A DNA stretch of 61,064 bases from Macrostomum lignano (taxonomy: Eukaryota). The stretch spans positions 1 to 61,064 of the forward strand of contig NIVC01002772.1 of NCBI GenBank assembly GCA_002269645.1, in the 5' to 3' direction. The translations under genes were made by a program, and so were the position numbers. Positions 47,401-60,499 of the stretch are shown here, piece by piece; position 1 is the stretch's first letter; every line of letters begins with the position of its first letter. The notes beneath the pieces were generated by a model, which had not been told where the DNA came from, did no database searches, and saw nothing but the letters and a program-made list of their open reading frames with translations.

Positions 47401-50400
47401 TGAAATTGGAATGGTCAGATTCTGAAATTAGAATGGTCAGATTCTGAAATTGGAATGGTCAGATTCTGAAATTGGAATGGTCAGATTCTGAAATTGGAAT
47501 GGTCAGATTCTGAAGTTGGAATTGTCAGATTCTGAAATTGGAATTGTCAGATTCTGAAATTGGAATGGTCAGATTCTGAAGTTGGAATTGTCAGATTCTG
47601 AAATTGGAATGGTCAGATTCTGAAATTGGAATTGTCAGATTCTGAAATTGGAATGGTCAGATTCTGAAGTTGGAATTGTCAGATTCTGAAATTGGAATGG
47701 TCAGATTCTGAAACTGGAATGGTCAGATTCTGAAATTGGAATTGTCAGATTCTGAAATTGGAATGGTCAGATTCTGAAATTGGAATGGTCAGATTCTGAA
47801 ATTGGAATTGTCAGATTCTGAAATTGGAATTGTCAGATTCTGAAATTGGAATGGTCAGATTCTGAAATTGGAATGGTCAGATTCTGAAATTGGAATTGTC
47901 AGATTCTGAAATTGGAATGGTCAGATTCTGAAATTGGAACTGTCAGATTCTGAAATTGGAATTGTCAGATTCTGAAATTGGAATGGTCAGATTCTGAAAT
48001 TGGAATGGTCAGATTCTGAAATTGGAATGGTCAGATTCTGAAGTTGGAATTGTCAGATTCTGAAATTGGAATTGTCAGATTCTGAAATTGGAATTGTCAG
48101 ATTCTGAAATTGGAATGGTCAGATTCTGAAGTTGGAATTGTCAGATTCTGAAATTGGAATTGTCAGATTCTGAAATTGGAATTGTCAGATTTTGAAGTTG
48201 GAATTGTCAGATTTTGAAGTTGGAATTGTCAGATTTTAAAGTTGGAATTGTCAGATTCTGAAATTGGAATTGTCAGATTCTGAAATTGGAATTGTCAGAT
48301 TCTGAAATTGGAATGGTCAGATTCTGAAATTGGAATTGTCAGATTCTGAAATTGGAATGGTCAGATTCTGAAGTTGGAATTGTCAGATTCTGAAATTGGA
48401 ATGGTCAGATTCTGAAATTAGAATGGTCAGATTCTGAAATTGGAATTGTCAGATTCTGAAATTGGAATGGTCAGATTCTGAAGTTGGAATTGTCAGATTC
48501 TGAAATTGGAATGGTCAGATTCTGAAGTTGGAATTGTCAGATTCTGAAATTGGAATTGTCAGATTCTGAAATTGGAATTGTCAGATTCTGAAATTGGAAT
48601 GGTCAGATTCTGAAGTTGGAATTGTCAGATTCTGAAATTGGAATTGTCAGATTCTGAAATTGGAATTGTCAGATTTTGAAGTTGGAATTGTCAGATTTTA
48701 AAGTTGGAATTGTCAGATTCTGAAATTGGAATTGTCAGATTCTGAAATTGGAATTGTCAGATTCTGAAATTGGAATGGTCAGATTCTGAAGTTGGAATTG
48801 TCAGATTCTGAAATTGGAATTGTCAGATTCTGAAATTGGAATTGTCAGATTTTGAAGTTGGAATTGTCAGATTCTGAAGTTGGAATTGTCAGATTTTAAA
48901 GTTGGAATTGTCAGATTCTGAAGTTGGAATGGTCAGATTCTGAAGTTGGAATTGTCAGATTCTGAAATTGGAATTGTCAGATTCTGAAGTTGGAATTGTC
49001 AGATTCTGAAACAGGAATTGTCAGATTCTGAAACAGGAATTGTCAGATTCTGAAACAGGAATTGTCAGATTCTGAAATTGGAATTGTCAGATTCTGAAAT
49101 TGGAATTGTCAGATTCTGAAGTTGGAATTGTCAGATTCTGAAATTGGAATTGTCAGATTCTGAAATTGAAATTGTCAGATTTTGAAGTTGGAATTGTCAG
49201 ATTTTGAAGTTGGAATTGTCAGATTCTGAAGTTGGAATTGTCAGATTCTGAAGTTGGAATTGTCAGATTCTGAAGTTGGAATTGTCAGATTCTGAAGTTG
49301 GAATTATCAGATTCTGAAATTGGAATGGTCAGATTCTGAAATTAGAATTGTCAGATTCTGAAGTTGGAATTGTCAGATTCTGAAATTAGAATTGTCAGAT
49401 TCTGAAGTTGGAATTGTCAAATTCTGAAACAGGAATTGTCAGATTCTGAAATTGGAATTGTCAGATTCTGAAGTTGGAATTTTCAGATTCTGAAACAGGA
49501 ATTGTCAGATTCAGAGCTAGAATTTCGGCCTTGGCAGCTGCTGGCAATGTTAATTTGCACTTTTAAGGCCAGGTCACAAGACACGAAACTGTAACCAGCT
49601 AAAAATTTATCTATCTTCAAAATCTGGCGTCAAACGTTTGCCAAAGACCACCCAGGTCGGGGCTGGCTCTTCTCCGTCTTCCCTGTCTTCAAAACGCATT
49701 ATCAAGTTTGCAGTAAACTGAACCCGAGCCCCACAATCATTCTCATTTGGCATCCCCACCTCACGGCATAATCTAAAGACTGCACCGAAGCTGCCAGAGG
49801 GCAGTTCTTAAACAATATTTCCTGCGGCAAAAAAATGTTCTCCAAGTTCAAGTTCGCCACTGCATCCTGGCGCTTATGTTGTAAAATCATGGGAATGAGC
49901 TTGTAAAAATATAACCAACTTTACCGCCACAATATATAATTATTAAGGAGAGCTGAGAGGGGGACCATTGCGCACAACACAGCCGCTGAGCTGATGGGAT
50001 AGTGGAAAGAACTAAACGAAGAAGGGCTCAGAGTTCTGAGGCAGAGGTGAGGCAATACTGAGGCAGAGGTGAGGCAATGCTGAGGCAGAGGTGAGGCAAT
50101 GCTGAGGCAGAGGTGAGGCAATGCTGAGGCAGAGGTGAGGCAATGCTGAGGCAGAGGTGAGGCAATGCTGAGGCAGAGGTGAGGCAATGCTGAGGCAGAG
50201 GTGAGGCAATGCAGAGGCAGATGTGCGGCAGAGGTGAGGCAGAGGTGAAGCAATGCTGAGGCAGAGGTGAGGCAATGCTGAGGCAGATGTGCGGCAGAGG
50301 TGAGGCAGAGGTGAAGCAATGCTGAGGCAGAGGTGAGGCAATGCTGAGGCAGAGGTGAGGCAATGCTGAGGCAGAGGTGAGGCAATGCTGAGGCAGAGGT

Positions 50401-53400
50401 GAGGCAATGCTGAGGCAGAGGTGAGGGAATGCTGAGGCAGAGGTGAGGCAATGCTGAGGCAGATGTGCGGCAGAGGTGAGGCAGAGGTGAAGCAATGCTG
50501 AGGCAGAGGTGAGGCAATGCTGAGGCAGATGTGCGGCAGAGGTGAGGCAGAGGTGAAGCAATGCTGAGGCAGAGGTGAGGCAATGCTGAGGCAGATGTGC
50601 GGCAGAGGTGAGGCAGAGATGAGGCAGATTTAATCCAGAGATCCCTCAGTGCCACTGCTACGAGCATAAGTCAGCACATGATTGCAATTCAGACCCACAG
50701 CACAGGCGGACAGGGTAACTGCCTTAGTGGCATAAACTATCTTGAATAACAAAAGCAGCAGAAGCGTCTCCGAGCGCTTTGTATAAACAGTTATGAGGGG
50801 AGCTGGAATTTCCTGGAATTTGCAGAGCGGAATTCTGCTGGAACCACCGCAGTCTGCAGCCATTAATTTATTAAGGTCGATGTTTTTGTAGCGATGGAGA
50901 CTAAGTTTCGCTATTTCTGGGGCGAAACCCTTCTGGTAGGATCAGAATTGGATCAGTTTGGGAAGGGGATTCTTTTAATTGCGGGGATGAATTCGGTTTG
51001 CGGGAATCCGGACTTTTAACTAGGGACTCTGCGACTTGGACCCGGCATTGGGGAGTGAAACTATCATTGTGGGATTTCTGAGGTCGGGATTTAATTATTG
51101 GGTCTCAAGGATGATCGGGACTTGATGATTGGGAAACAAGGATCAGGACTTGATGATAGGAAACCAATGATCGGGACTTTATGATCGGAAACCAAGGATC
51201 GGGACTTTGTGATCGGAAACCAAGGATCGGGACTTTGTGATCGGGAACCAATGATCGGGACTTTATGATCGGAAACCAAGGATCGGGACTTTGTGATCGG
51301 AAACCAAGGATCGGGACTTTGTGATCGGGAACCAAGGATTGGGACTTTGTGATCGGAAACCAAGGATCGGGACTTTGTGATCGGGAACCAAGGACTGGGA
51401 CTTTGTGATCGGGAACCAAGGATTGGGACTTTGTGATCGGAAACCAATGATCGGGACTTGATGATCGGAAATCAAGGATCGGGACTTTGTGATAGGAAAC
51501 CAATGATCGGGACTTTATGATCGGAAACCAAGGATCGGGACTTTATGATAGGAAACCAATGATCGGGACTTTATGATCGGAAACCAAGGATCGGGACTTT
51601 ATGATAGGAAACCAATGATTGGGACTTTATGATCGGAAACCAAGGATCGGGACTTTGTGATCGGGAACCAAGGATTGGGACTTTGTAATCGGAAACCAAG
51701 GATTGGGACTTTGTGATCGGAAACCAAGGATCGGGACTTTGTGATCGGGAACCAAGGATCGGGACTTTATGATCGGAAATCAAGGATCGGGACTTTATGA
51801 TCGGAAACCAATGATCGGGACTTAATGATCGAAAATCAAGGATCGGGACTTTGTGATCGGGAACCAAGGATCGGGACTTGATGATCGGAAACCAATGGTC
51901 GGGACTTGATGGTGGGGACTAAATCGGGACTTGATGGTCGGGACTGGATCGGAAATTTATGGTCAGGACTGGATCGGGAATTGATGGTCGGGACTGGATC
52001 GGGAATTCATGGTCGGGACTGGATCGGGAATTGATGGTCGGGAATGGATCGGGACTTGATGGTCGGGACTGGATCGGAAATTTATGGTCAGGACTGGATC
52101 GGGAATTGATGGTCTGGACTGGATCGGGAATTGATGGTCGGGACTGGATCGGGAATTCATGGTCGGGACTGGATCGGGAATTCATGGTCGGGAATGGATC
52201 GGGAATTCATGGTCGGGACTGGATCGGGAATTGATGGTCGGGAATGGATCGGGAATTGATGGTCGGGTTTGGATCGGGAATTGATGGTCGGGAATGGATC
52301 GGGAATTGATGGTCGGGAATCAATGATTCCGACTCAATCATCGGGACTCAAGCACCTAGAAATTGTTACTCAATGATTGGGGTTTTATGATTGGGACTCA
52401 AGGATCGGGACTTAATGGTCGGGACTCAATAATTGAAGCACAAGGATTGGGACTGAATGGATCTTTGTCGGTCACCAACAAGAAAGTACTTGTTAAAAGA
52501 GCCATCAATCATGCTGCACAGCAACGTCAAGCCATTGTGAGCTATTAGTAAACAATTAAAGAATAAAAAAATGAATTCCACATTAATTTTACTGCTGCCA
52601 CAAGGCGGGGCACAAAATTTCACGCAGGTTTTCACTTTATCTTGGAAAGAAGTTCATACAGAGTTGCAAGCGGGACGGCGCACAGCACAGGCCACCAGCA
52701 CAATAGCTAGATGATGCATAACCCCCTTAATACCTATTGGCGTGGGTGGCCATTTTGTGGTCTCTCTCTCTCTCTCTCCCACCTTAGACCCCCGGCCGCA
52801 GCGAGCATTGCATATTTAATGAGGGTATTCTTGTCTTTCGCGTCTCTTTTCAATTTTTTACTGCATATACAGTCTTCTGCCTTTCGGATAGGGAGAGGGA
52901 GAGAGAGAATTCTGTGCGGCTGCAGCAGTCTGCGGTGGGTTCCTGCACTCCTTCATCACTTTATATCTGTGTGGCCGCCGCTGCTGTTTCGCAGCCATGG
53001 GTTTAATCTTGCCAAACCTGCACGCGTGCTGAACAAAACAGCTCGCATACTGCAGGGAGGGGTTGCGAGAAGAACGGGCAGCGCGGGCATGAAATAAGAA
53101 AATGGCCCGCTTCTAGGAGAGAAGGGGGAGCTCTTATGCAGCATTGGGCCACCCAGGCAGTCGAGTTTCCGGGGGGAGGGGGGTTGCTGGCACAGCTAGG
53201 TGCGCGGAAAGTGGTATTATAAATAATAATAATACTATAAATCATCTATACAATAATACGGTGTGTTATATGTGATGCCCAGCAGAAACTGGCGGACACG
53301 ACTCTGACGGATTTGCTGAAACCGGATTGCGGTCAGCAATAGACAGCAAGCAATGCAGGGCGCTGCATTATGAACAGCGAGCTCGTTTCAGCGCAAAAAA

Positions 53401-55012
53401 AATGCTTTTGAAGCAGTCAGTCAGAGCTATTGAATTCTTTTAACTTAAATCTTGTGCGCAGTTCAGACAGCTGGGAACCTGCAGTTCTATACTGAAAACA
53501 GATTTTCGTCAGAGAATGAAAACTATTTGGAAAAGTTTTCTCTGTGTGCACAAAAATCATTTTCTTTTCTCGAAATTAAAGCTTGAAACAATGTGTTTGA
53601 AAATTGCTGTTTCAACAAACTTGTACGGATACATTGGCCGCATAGGGGAGTTTTTATCATATTTGCAAAAGTAACAAGAATATATTAACCCCCTTCTTTC
53701 CAGCTGAAGAGCTGCGAGAATTCCGTTTAGTTATAACCCCGAGCTATTATTTCAGTGCAAAAGCAATAAAAGTGGTACTTACTAGCAGAAGAATTTCTGC
53801 TTTTAGTGTGGAATTTAATAGCTACTGTATACAGACGGTGAGCTACACTGGAACCCGTTTAGATCTTTTTCATCACTGATGCGTGCAGTCAGCTTTTTCC
53901 TCAGCGAAAAGGGGGTGGAAATTGAGAGGAGAGAATGGAGTGGAGTTGAGAGGAGATTGGGGGAGTGGAGAGGAGATGAGAGGAGAGAAGAGGACAGGAG
54001 GTCACGCTTCACACACAACTGCCATAGCGTCGAGGCCGGTAATGGAGAGCAAAGGAGAGGAGATCAGATCAGAGGAGATGGAATGAGAGGACAGGAATAG
54101 AGTGGAGAGGAGATCAGAGATCAGATGAGATGAGAGGAGAGAAAAGATCAGATGAGATAAGAGGAGAAGAGATCAGATGAGATAAGAGGAGAAGAGATCA
54201 GATGAGATGAGAAGAGATCAGATCAGAGGAGATGAGTTGGGATTTATTTGCATTCATGTCAAATTGCACCATGATTATGGACGAACAGAGAGACGAGAGA
54301 AAAGAAGAGTTCTGATAAGACGAGATTAGAATTAGATGTGCGAGATGAGAAGAGGTGAAATAAGCTGAGAGACAAGAGGGGGTGAGATGAGATTTGAGAA
54401 GACAGAGCAGGATAAGATAAAAGTGAAGTGAAGAGAAGATGAAAGGAGATATGAAACCAAGACATTTAATTAAAATGCCAAACTGAGGCCAAGCTCTCTG
54501 AGACTCACCTGACATCCAAAACTGGGTGAAATCCGTGTCAAAGCGGGCATCCTTGAGGCCCAGAGTGCAGAGGCTGAACGCCACCAGAGTCAAGAACAGG
54601 AACAATTTCCACTGACGGGTGACGGCTACTCCGTACTGATATGAGACCTTCTGGCAGAAATAGGTCACCGACTGTTGCCATGGCCGTTTGGAGCACGCGA
54701 ACTCGTGAGCATAAAGGCTTTGCTGCAATTAAGTGATCGAGTAAATTTGCGGGTTAGGGAAGAAGACTGGAAGAGATAGACGTTTATAAGATGAGCAGTG
54801 GAGCGAGCAGACATTGAGCCTTTAAAATAAGACCTTAGATTAGAGCAGAGGCAAGTAGATAAGAGAAATAAGTAACAATAAATCACCTGCGACAGCTGCA
54901 TGTCATCTGTGGCAGAGGGTCGTTGACTTCCGCACCGTCCTAGATTTTGCTGCTGTTGCCGCTGGTGGTGGCTAGTCCGCTGCCCCCCTTGGTGTCGATA
55001 ATAGCCGCTCAT
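35485..55012 (-). CDS. ptc: Patched (Hedgehog receptor family, 12-TM RND), divergent. Exons (minus strand) 55012-54887, 54722-54509, 46145-45707, 43905-43356, 43059-42763, 42240-42139, 41168-40636, 40030-39737, 38225-37764, 37612-37475, 36429-35485; ~1366 aa after repairing a -1 frameshift at 41073-41077
   Basis: GT-AG introns with phases 0,1,2,0,0,0,0,0,0,0. Patched-diagnostic motifs: PCRIVTPLDCFWEGAKL, RWTNLDP, GYTRRPCLDPGDPQCP, QVLPF.QLG, DLVCC, FWLDEFRAWL..LQ..FD.D, SDEGILAAHLLVQTG, VDKHGVISPGRFY..LT.W and a C-tail PPSY. These match true Patched rather than Ptr, Dispatched or NPC1. Confidence 0.93.
36470..37410. repeat. 15-bp minisatellite CCCATCTCAGTCTCA family, ptc intron 10
   Basis: Same unit as the arrays behind both MCM3 stops. 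Confidence 0.95.
38265..39690. repeat. ptc intron 8: 22-bp TCACCTGCCTGCATCTCATTTC array (~38265-39320) plus 20-bp CCACCTGAATCCCATTCAAC array (~39375-39690)
   Basis: Tandem units visible directly. Confidence 0.94.
40125..40635. repeat. 22-bp minisatellite CCCAGCCTCATCAGAATCCCAC, ptc intron 7
   Basis: Tandem units running up to the splice donor. Confidence 0.93.
41225..42090. repeat. 16-bp minisatellite CTATGGGAAGAATAGT, ptc intron 6
   Basis: Tandem units visible directly. Confidence 0.95.
42390..42750. repeat. Degenerate AAATCCC/GATCCC low-complexity array, ptc intron 5
   Basis: Recurring short motifs with no clean period. Confidence 0.65.
43085..43345. repeat. 30-bp minisatellite GAGTCCCAACAGTCACACAGTCCCAGTCCC, ptc intron 4
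   Basis: Tandem units visible directly. Confidence 0.93.
43985..44185. repeat. 20-bp minisatellite GGGATTAGGGTGAGATTGAG, ptc intron 3
   Basis: Tandem units visible directly. Confidence 0.88.
44925..45692. repeat. 14/20-bp compound minisatellite CGGGATTTCAGAAT / CGGGATCAAGATCTCAGAAT, ptc intron 3
   Basis: Tandem units ending ~15 bp from exon 3. Confidence 0.94.
46200..49515. repeat. 22-bp minisatellite GTCAGATTCTGAAATTGGAATK, ptc intron 2
   Basis: About 150 tandem units. Confidence 0.96.
49646..49654 (+). promoter_or_regulatory. Perfect Gli/Ci consensus GACCACCCA in ptc intron 2
   Basis: Exact 9/9 match, followed by GG, in a unique island between arrays. Function untested. Confidence 0.6.
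50030..50630. repeat. 22-bp minisatellite GCAGAGGTGAGGCAATGCTGAG, ptc intron 2
   Basis: Tandem units visible directly. Confidence 0.94.
51110..52320. repeat. ptc intron 2: 28-bp GATCGGGACTTTGTGATCGGAAACCAAG array grading into a 25-bp GATCGGGAATTGATGGTCGGGACTG array at ~51915
   Basis: Tandem units sharing GATCGGGA. Confidence 0.93.
52743..52751 (-). promoter_or_regulatory. Gli-type site GGCCACCCA in ptc intron 2
   Basis: TGGGTGGCC on the + strand; 8/9 match to the consensus. Confidence 0.45.
53147..53155 (+). promoter_or_regulatory. Gli-type site GGCCACCCA in ptc intron 2
   Basis: 8/9 match, followed by GG like the perfect site. Confidence 0.45.
53920..54440. repeat. Degenerate purine-rich GAGAT/CAGAT repeat, ptc intron 2
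   Basis: Recurring GAGATCAGATGAGAT-like motifs. Confidence 0.75.
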
Positions 55013-57169
55013 ATTCCCGTCCCGTTGCAGTTCAACAGTTCAACTGCAAGCTTGGGGCAGCGAGAATAAAATCGATAATTACACGATGCTTATCAGAAGG
55101 GGTCGCTAGATAATTGCGACACAGCTCACGCATTGCGTTTCATACGCAAAGTACATGGAAGAGCCTTTGGCTGTAACGGTTCAGCTTATCTTTGGCTTAA
55201 ATTTAATAGTAGTGAAATTTACTGTTTTGGGAGTTCAATTAAAAAAAGGAGAGCAGCTAGCTTTTTGTCTTTTTGTTTGGCCTTGGAGTTAAACTAAGGG
55301 ATTGGGAAAGGGGTGTAGGTGCAACCTTCCGTCACGCGGTCCGCGCTGGGGCCAAATCAAGGGCTTATAGTATAAGGTGAGGGAGGGATGCTTGTAAAAA
55401 AGGACGAGCGGGCCAACCCCCCGCTCCACACCCACCCCGCCCATAGCACGTCGACCCCCCTCCCAAAAAACTCTCGCAGCCGACCCACCACTAGCGAAGC
55501 CCCCTCCTCTACCCCAGGCTCCGAGTGTGCAAGCAGGGGCACCCACGCCGGGCGTGATTCACCCCACAGACGCAGCGCACACACATTATTATAACCAAAG
55601 CGGCCCAACAGCGCAGTGAACCAATCAGTGAAGGATTATACACGAAAGAAACGGGACGGGTAGCTCTTGCTCTTTATAGTACTATTCGTATAAATCTAAA
55701 TATACTAAATCTCTAATATTTGTATGCTTGCTTGCTTGTCCATATAGTACTATTCCTATTCGTATAAAAGGTGACAAAAATGCAGACTTCACATTGGGTA
55801 ACAGCTGGCCAACCTCACTTTTTTCTATCCCTTCGCCACAATAGAAAATTTGGATGGAAAATTAATCGGCTGATCTGTTTTCGTTATATGAAACCAATTT
55901 GAATAATAAATGCCAAATGACAACATTTTTCTTTGCTTGTGGTGGGAGTTTTCAGCCATTACATAAATTAAATATAAATTTGTTGAGACTGGGACCGAAA
56001 ACGTCCACAAAATTTGAGCTCACCAACGTGGCTGGCTACCGGAAATGAACTCGAATTTACAAAACTTCAATAGCTAGTGCCTAGTAGCTCTAAGCTGGCA
56101 AGAGGGACCGCCCCCCTCCAAAGGCTGACAAAAGATTTGGTGGCCATTTTGATTTCGCGCTCCCTTCAAAGCAGTCTTGGCGCCCCGTTCCCCAGTTTCA
56201 GCAGTTCCCAACTGACTCTGACTCCCAGAGACTAACCCCTCCCCCATGTGTGAGACTTATCGACGCAATGATGCATAAAGTGAAAAAACTAAGGGTCGAA
56301 GTTCGCACCGAATTCGGGCCAAGAAAAACAATCTCAGATCAGCTCTCTCAAATCAGACAGAACTGGAATAATACTAGTACTGTTTGTGCCATTAATATCG
56401 TATCAATCTACAAGTGGATTCTTCTGCCTATGTCGCACAAGTGGCACCACCCACCAGTTTGGCTTACAACTTGGACCCGAAATAAAATATATGCATGTTT
56501 ACGCTGTCTTGCTGTAACCAAGTTAATAAAGTAATAAAAAACATAAATTGCTACTTTTTCTACTCTATCAGTAGACTGTTGATGATTTTTTGGGAAAAAA
56601 TCCGATGCATGCTGTTTGGTCATCAAACCACTAGGCCTAGACTCTGGAGGGATGCGGTTCGATAATTTTCATCCTTTTAGAAGAGCCTGTGTTGGGAGAA
56701 AATTATCCTCAGTTCGAATGTGCCCGTATATTCCAATATGACGGAAGCTCTCTGGGTTGCTAAGGCGCAAAATGGACTGCACAATGAGCTGAACGCGATG
56801 ATATCAATCTGGATTTCCCAGCAGCGCCATCTTGCCTCATCAAACTCATTGTTTCGAGCATTTAGGGCCGGGAGAAAAATCCCCCAACCTCCTATCCCCG
56901 ATCGCGTGCAGATTTCCCAACCATCCTTCCCCTCTACTTTTTTCCCACTTTCCCCGAGACCCTTTTAATAGGTGACGCAACCGCTGGTGACGGGGAAGGC
57001 TGTGGGCGATTATTAATGAGGCATGCGATGGCAAATTGAGGGATGAAGCCCACTGCCAAGCGGTTCGGGTTTAGGCTAGGGGGATATAGAACTGCCCCGG
57101 GAGCTCAGCATGCGACGGTCGTATTGAGACTGTGGGGAATTGGAATTGAAATTCTAATTCCAATCTATG

Positions 57170-57275
57170 GTACCCAATCTAGCGCCAAATCTATAGCGCA
57201 AACTCTATAGCGACAAATCTATGGCGCCAAATCTATAGCGCAAACTCTATAGCGCCAAATCTATGGCGCCAAATC
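57170..57275. repeat. Short CTATAGCGCCAAAT-type tandem repeat
   Basis: About 7 imperfect units. Confidence 0.8.
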
Positions 57276-57643
57276 CATAGGTTTCAGTTCATCCATCCAG
57301 TCAGTCAGTCTGTCAGCTGTCAAAGCTGACCTGACAAAAAAGGCAACATCTATAACTGCAGCTTCAATGCGAGCTACTCGCTCGGTTGCTAGGGCACCCA
57401 GGCGACCTTTGGCATTCGCAGAGTTTCCGCAGATATCAAAGCATTTCTTCAGACGCAAGAGTTTATGCACGCGCAGTGCCAGTTTCCCATGCTTCCATAT
57501 TCCTCCCAAACGGGGAACTGCCGAGGAAGACAGGAGAAAAAAGCTTACAGAGCGTGAAGTTAATTAATGCTGACTGTGACAATGCGCAGCGGGAATGGGA
57601 TCTGAGGATCCTAGGAGAAATTGAAAAACTATTCCTGCTTTTT

Positions 57644-57652
57644 TGGGTGGCC
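57644..57652 (-). promoter_or_regulatory. Gli-type site GGCCACCCA ~2.6 kb upstream of the ptc ATG
   Basis: TGGGTGGCC on the + strand; 8/9 match. Confidence 0.4.
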
Positions 57653-57974
57653 GGTTTTCCTTTTTTTCTATTTTCAATAGCATCGGTCCTGAAGGTGTGC
57701 GCCGCGCCGAAATCCCCGGAGGACCGCAGTTTCGTCGTCCGCAAATTATTGAGGAAAAATGCCGCCACCCTTGCTATATACTGTAGCTGTTCGAACTGCG
57801 GAATCCCATTAATTTTCCCCCCGCCCGCGCCGGCCATATCTGAGGGACAGCTGCGCCCGTTGCCGAGTGCCATCTAACTAAACTGGCTTGGGGGCTGCGT
57901 ACGGCCTTGTTCTAATTAATTCCTTGACACCACACCGATGTTGCTGGCATTCCTGACCCCTGAGACTTCGTGTC

Positions 57975-58479
<505 letters not shown>

Positions 58480-58904
58480 CCCAGGTGTCCTGAGGCCAAT
58501 CCATCACAGCTACAGTGGCATCGGTCTCTCTGCGCAGATTCTCTCCTGGAAGCAATTTCCGAAGGCCTGAAGAAAAACTATAGTCATGGGAGCAGCTGTG
58601 ACATCGCGACTATCACGCGTGACCAGCTTCCAGGGACTGGCCAGATCCTATCTCTGTCCTTTCTTTCTTTATAGGCTTCTTTTTTGTTCCCAAAATCCTA
58701 AAGCCAGGCAAGCCACCGATGCGTCATTTTAGACGGCTCTCCTCTGCGCGTTTTTTGTCTTATTTTTCTGCTTTTAAAAGTCACGGCCTGCTCGGCTGAC
58801 TGCAGCAGGTGAACTCTCTGCTCCACTGTCTGGCACTGGCGATCCTTTGTTGTCTTTGCTGTGAGAATGGATGGGTTGGGAAGGTGGGTGAATGTGGCGT
58901 GAGA

Positions 58905-59975
58905 GAGGAGAGAATGGAGAGAGTGAAGAGAGCGGAGAGAGCGGAGAGTGGAGAGAGCGGAGAGCGGAGAGAGCGGAGAGAGTGGAGAGAGCGGAGAGAG
59001 CGGAGAGTGGAGAGAGCGGATAGAGTGGAGAGAGCGGAGAGAGCGGAGAGAGCGGAGAGCGGAGAGAGCAGACAGAGCAGAGAGAGCGGAGAGAGCGGAG
59101 AGAGCGGAGAGAGCAGAGAGAGCGGAGAGTGGAGAGAGCGGAGAGAGCGGAGAGCGGAGAGAGCAGACAGAGCAGAGAGAGCGGAAAGAGCGGAGAGAGC
59201 GGAGAGAGCAGAGAGAGCGGAGAGAGCGGAGAGTGGAGAGAGCGGAGAGTGGAGAGAGCGGAGAGTGGAGAGAGCGGAGAGCGCAGAGAGAGCGGAGAGT
59301 GGAGAGAGCGGAGAGAGCGGAGAGAGCGGAGAGCGGAGAGAGCAGACAGAGCAGAGAGAGCGGAGAGAGCGGAGAGAGCGGAGAGAGCAGAGAGAGCGGA
59401 GAGCGCAGAGAGAGCGGAGAGTGGAGAGAGCGGAGAGAGCGGAGAGAGCGGAGAGCGGAGAGAGCAGACAGAGCAGAGAGAGCGGAGAGAGCGGAGAGAG
59501 CGGAGAGAGCAGAGAGAGCGGAGAGAGCAGAGAGAGCGGAGAGAACGGAGAGAGCGGAGAGAGCAGAGAGAGCGGAGAGAGCGGAGAAAGCAGAGAGAGC
59601 GAAGAGAGCGGAGAGAGCGGAGAGAGCGGAGAGAGCGGAGAGAGCGGAGAGAGCGGAGAGAGCGGAGAGAGCAGAGAGAGCGGAGAGAGCAGAGAGAGCG
59701 GAGAGAACGGAGAGAGCGGAGAGAGCGGAGAGAGCGGAGAGAGCAGAGAGAGCGGAGAGAGCGGAGAAAGCAGAGAGAGCGAAGAGAGCGGAGAGAGCGG
59801 AGAGAGCGGAGAGAGCGAAGAGAGCAGAGAGAGCGGAGAGAGCGGAGAGAGCAGAGAGAGCGGAGAGAGCGGAGAAAGCAGAGAGAGCGAAGAGAGCGAA
59901 GAGAGCGGAGAGAGCAGAGAGAGCGGAGAGAGCGGAGAGAGCAGAGAGAGCGGAGAGAGCGGAGAGAGCAGAGAG
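58905..59975. repeat. 9-bp purine-rich repeat (GAGAGAGCG)n with variants
   Basis: Directly visible; source of the ERA/SAL-type spurious ORFs. Confidence 0.96.
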
Positions 59976-60499
59976 GTTGTGGATCAGAAGCTCTAACTTT
60001 CTATGCAGTTCATGCTGCAACACTGTCCTCCTCAAAATCCTGCAGAAGTCGATCGGTGCTGAGACGCATCTAGCAAACTGTAATGAGAAATTCCCCCCCC
60101 CCAATATGTGAAAAAACTACCGATATGACAGACAGACAGAAAAGGTTGAGTTTGCGGGTCCAACATAATCCCCACCCCCGCCTTATGCTTTGATGAGGAA
60201 GCAGTGTTAGGATAAAAATCCATCTAAAACTTCAGCTCCATCCCCCTCAATCATTTAATTCGACCCCCATTCAATTCCCCCATCATTTGCTCCCGTCTGC
60301 CATTGGCAGTGCAAACACTTGAGCCCCACAACACATTTTGGGAGAAAACTCCACGGCAGGATAAATTTGCGATTTTTAATGGGCGGGACTTGGATCTGGT
60401 TTTTAATTGTTGTCTCACGCACTCCGCACGGGTGCGCTCTGAGTATCTTTGTGTGTTGAGCTGCGCGACTCACTGACTCACTGCTTACTCCTGCCATCC

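Noticed and set aside
55615-55700. CCAAT and TATA-like motifs upstream of ptc
   Set aside because: Their order fits a + strand promoter rather than ptc, and such motifs are common in AT-rich DNA. There is no TSS evidence.
56445-56453. CACCACCCA as a fifth Gli site
   Set aside because: It mismatches the first G of the consensus, so it was left out of the enrichment count.
57386-57877. Overlapping 163-aa (+) and 136-aa (-) ORFs
   Set aside because: No recognisable motif, codon bias or convincing splice context.
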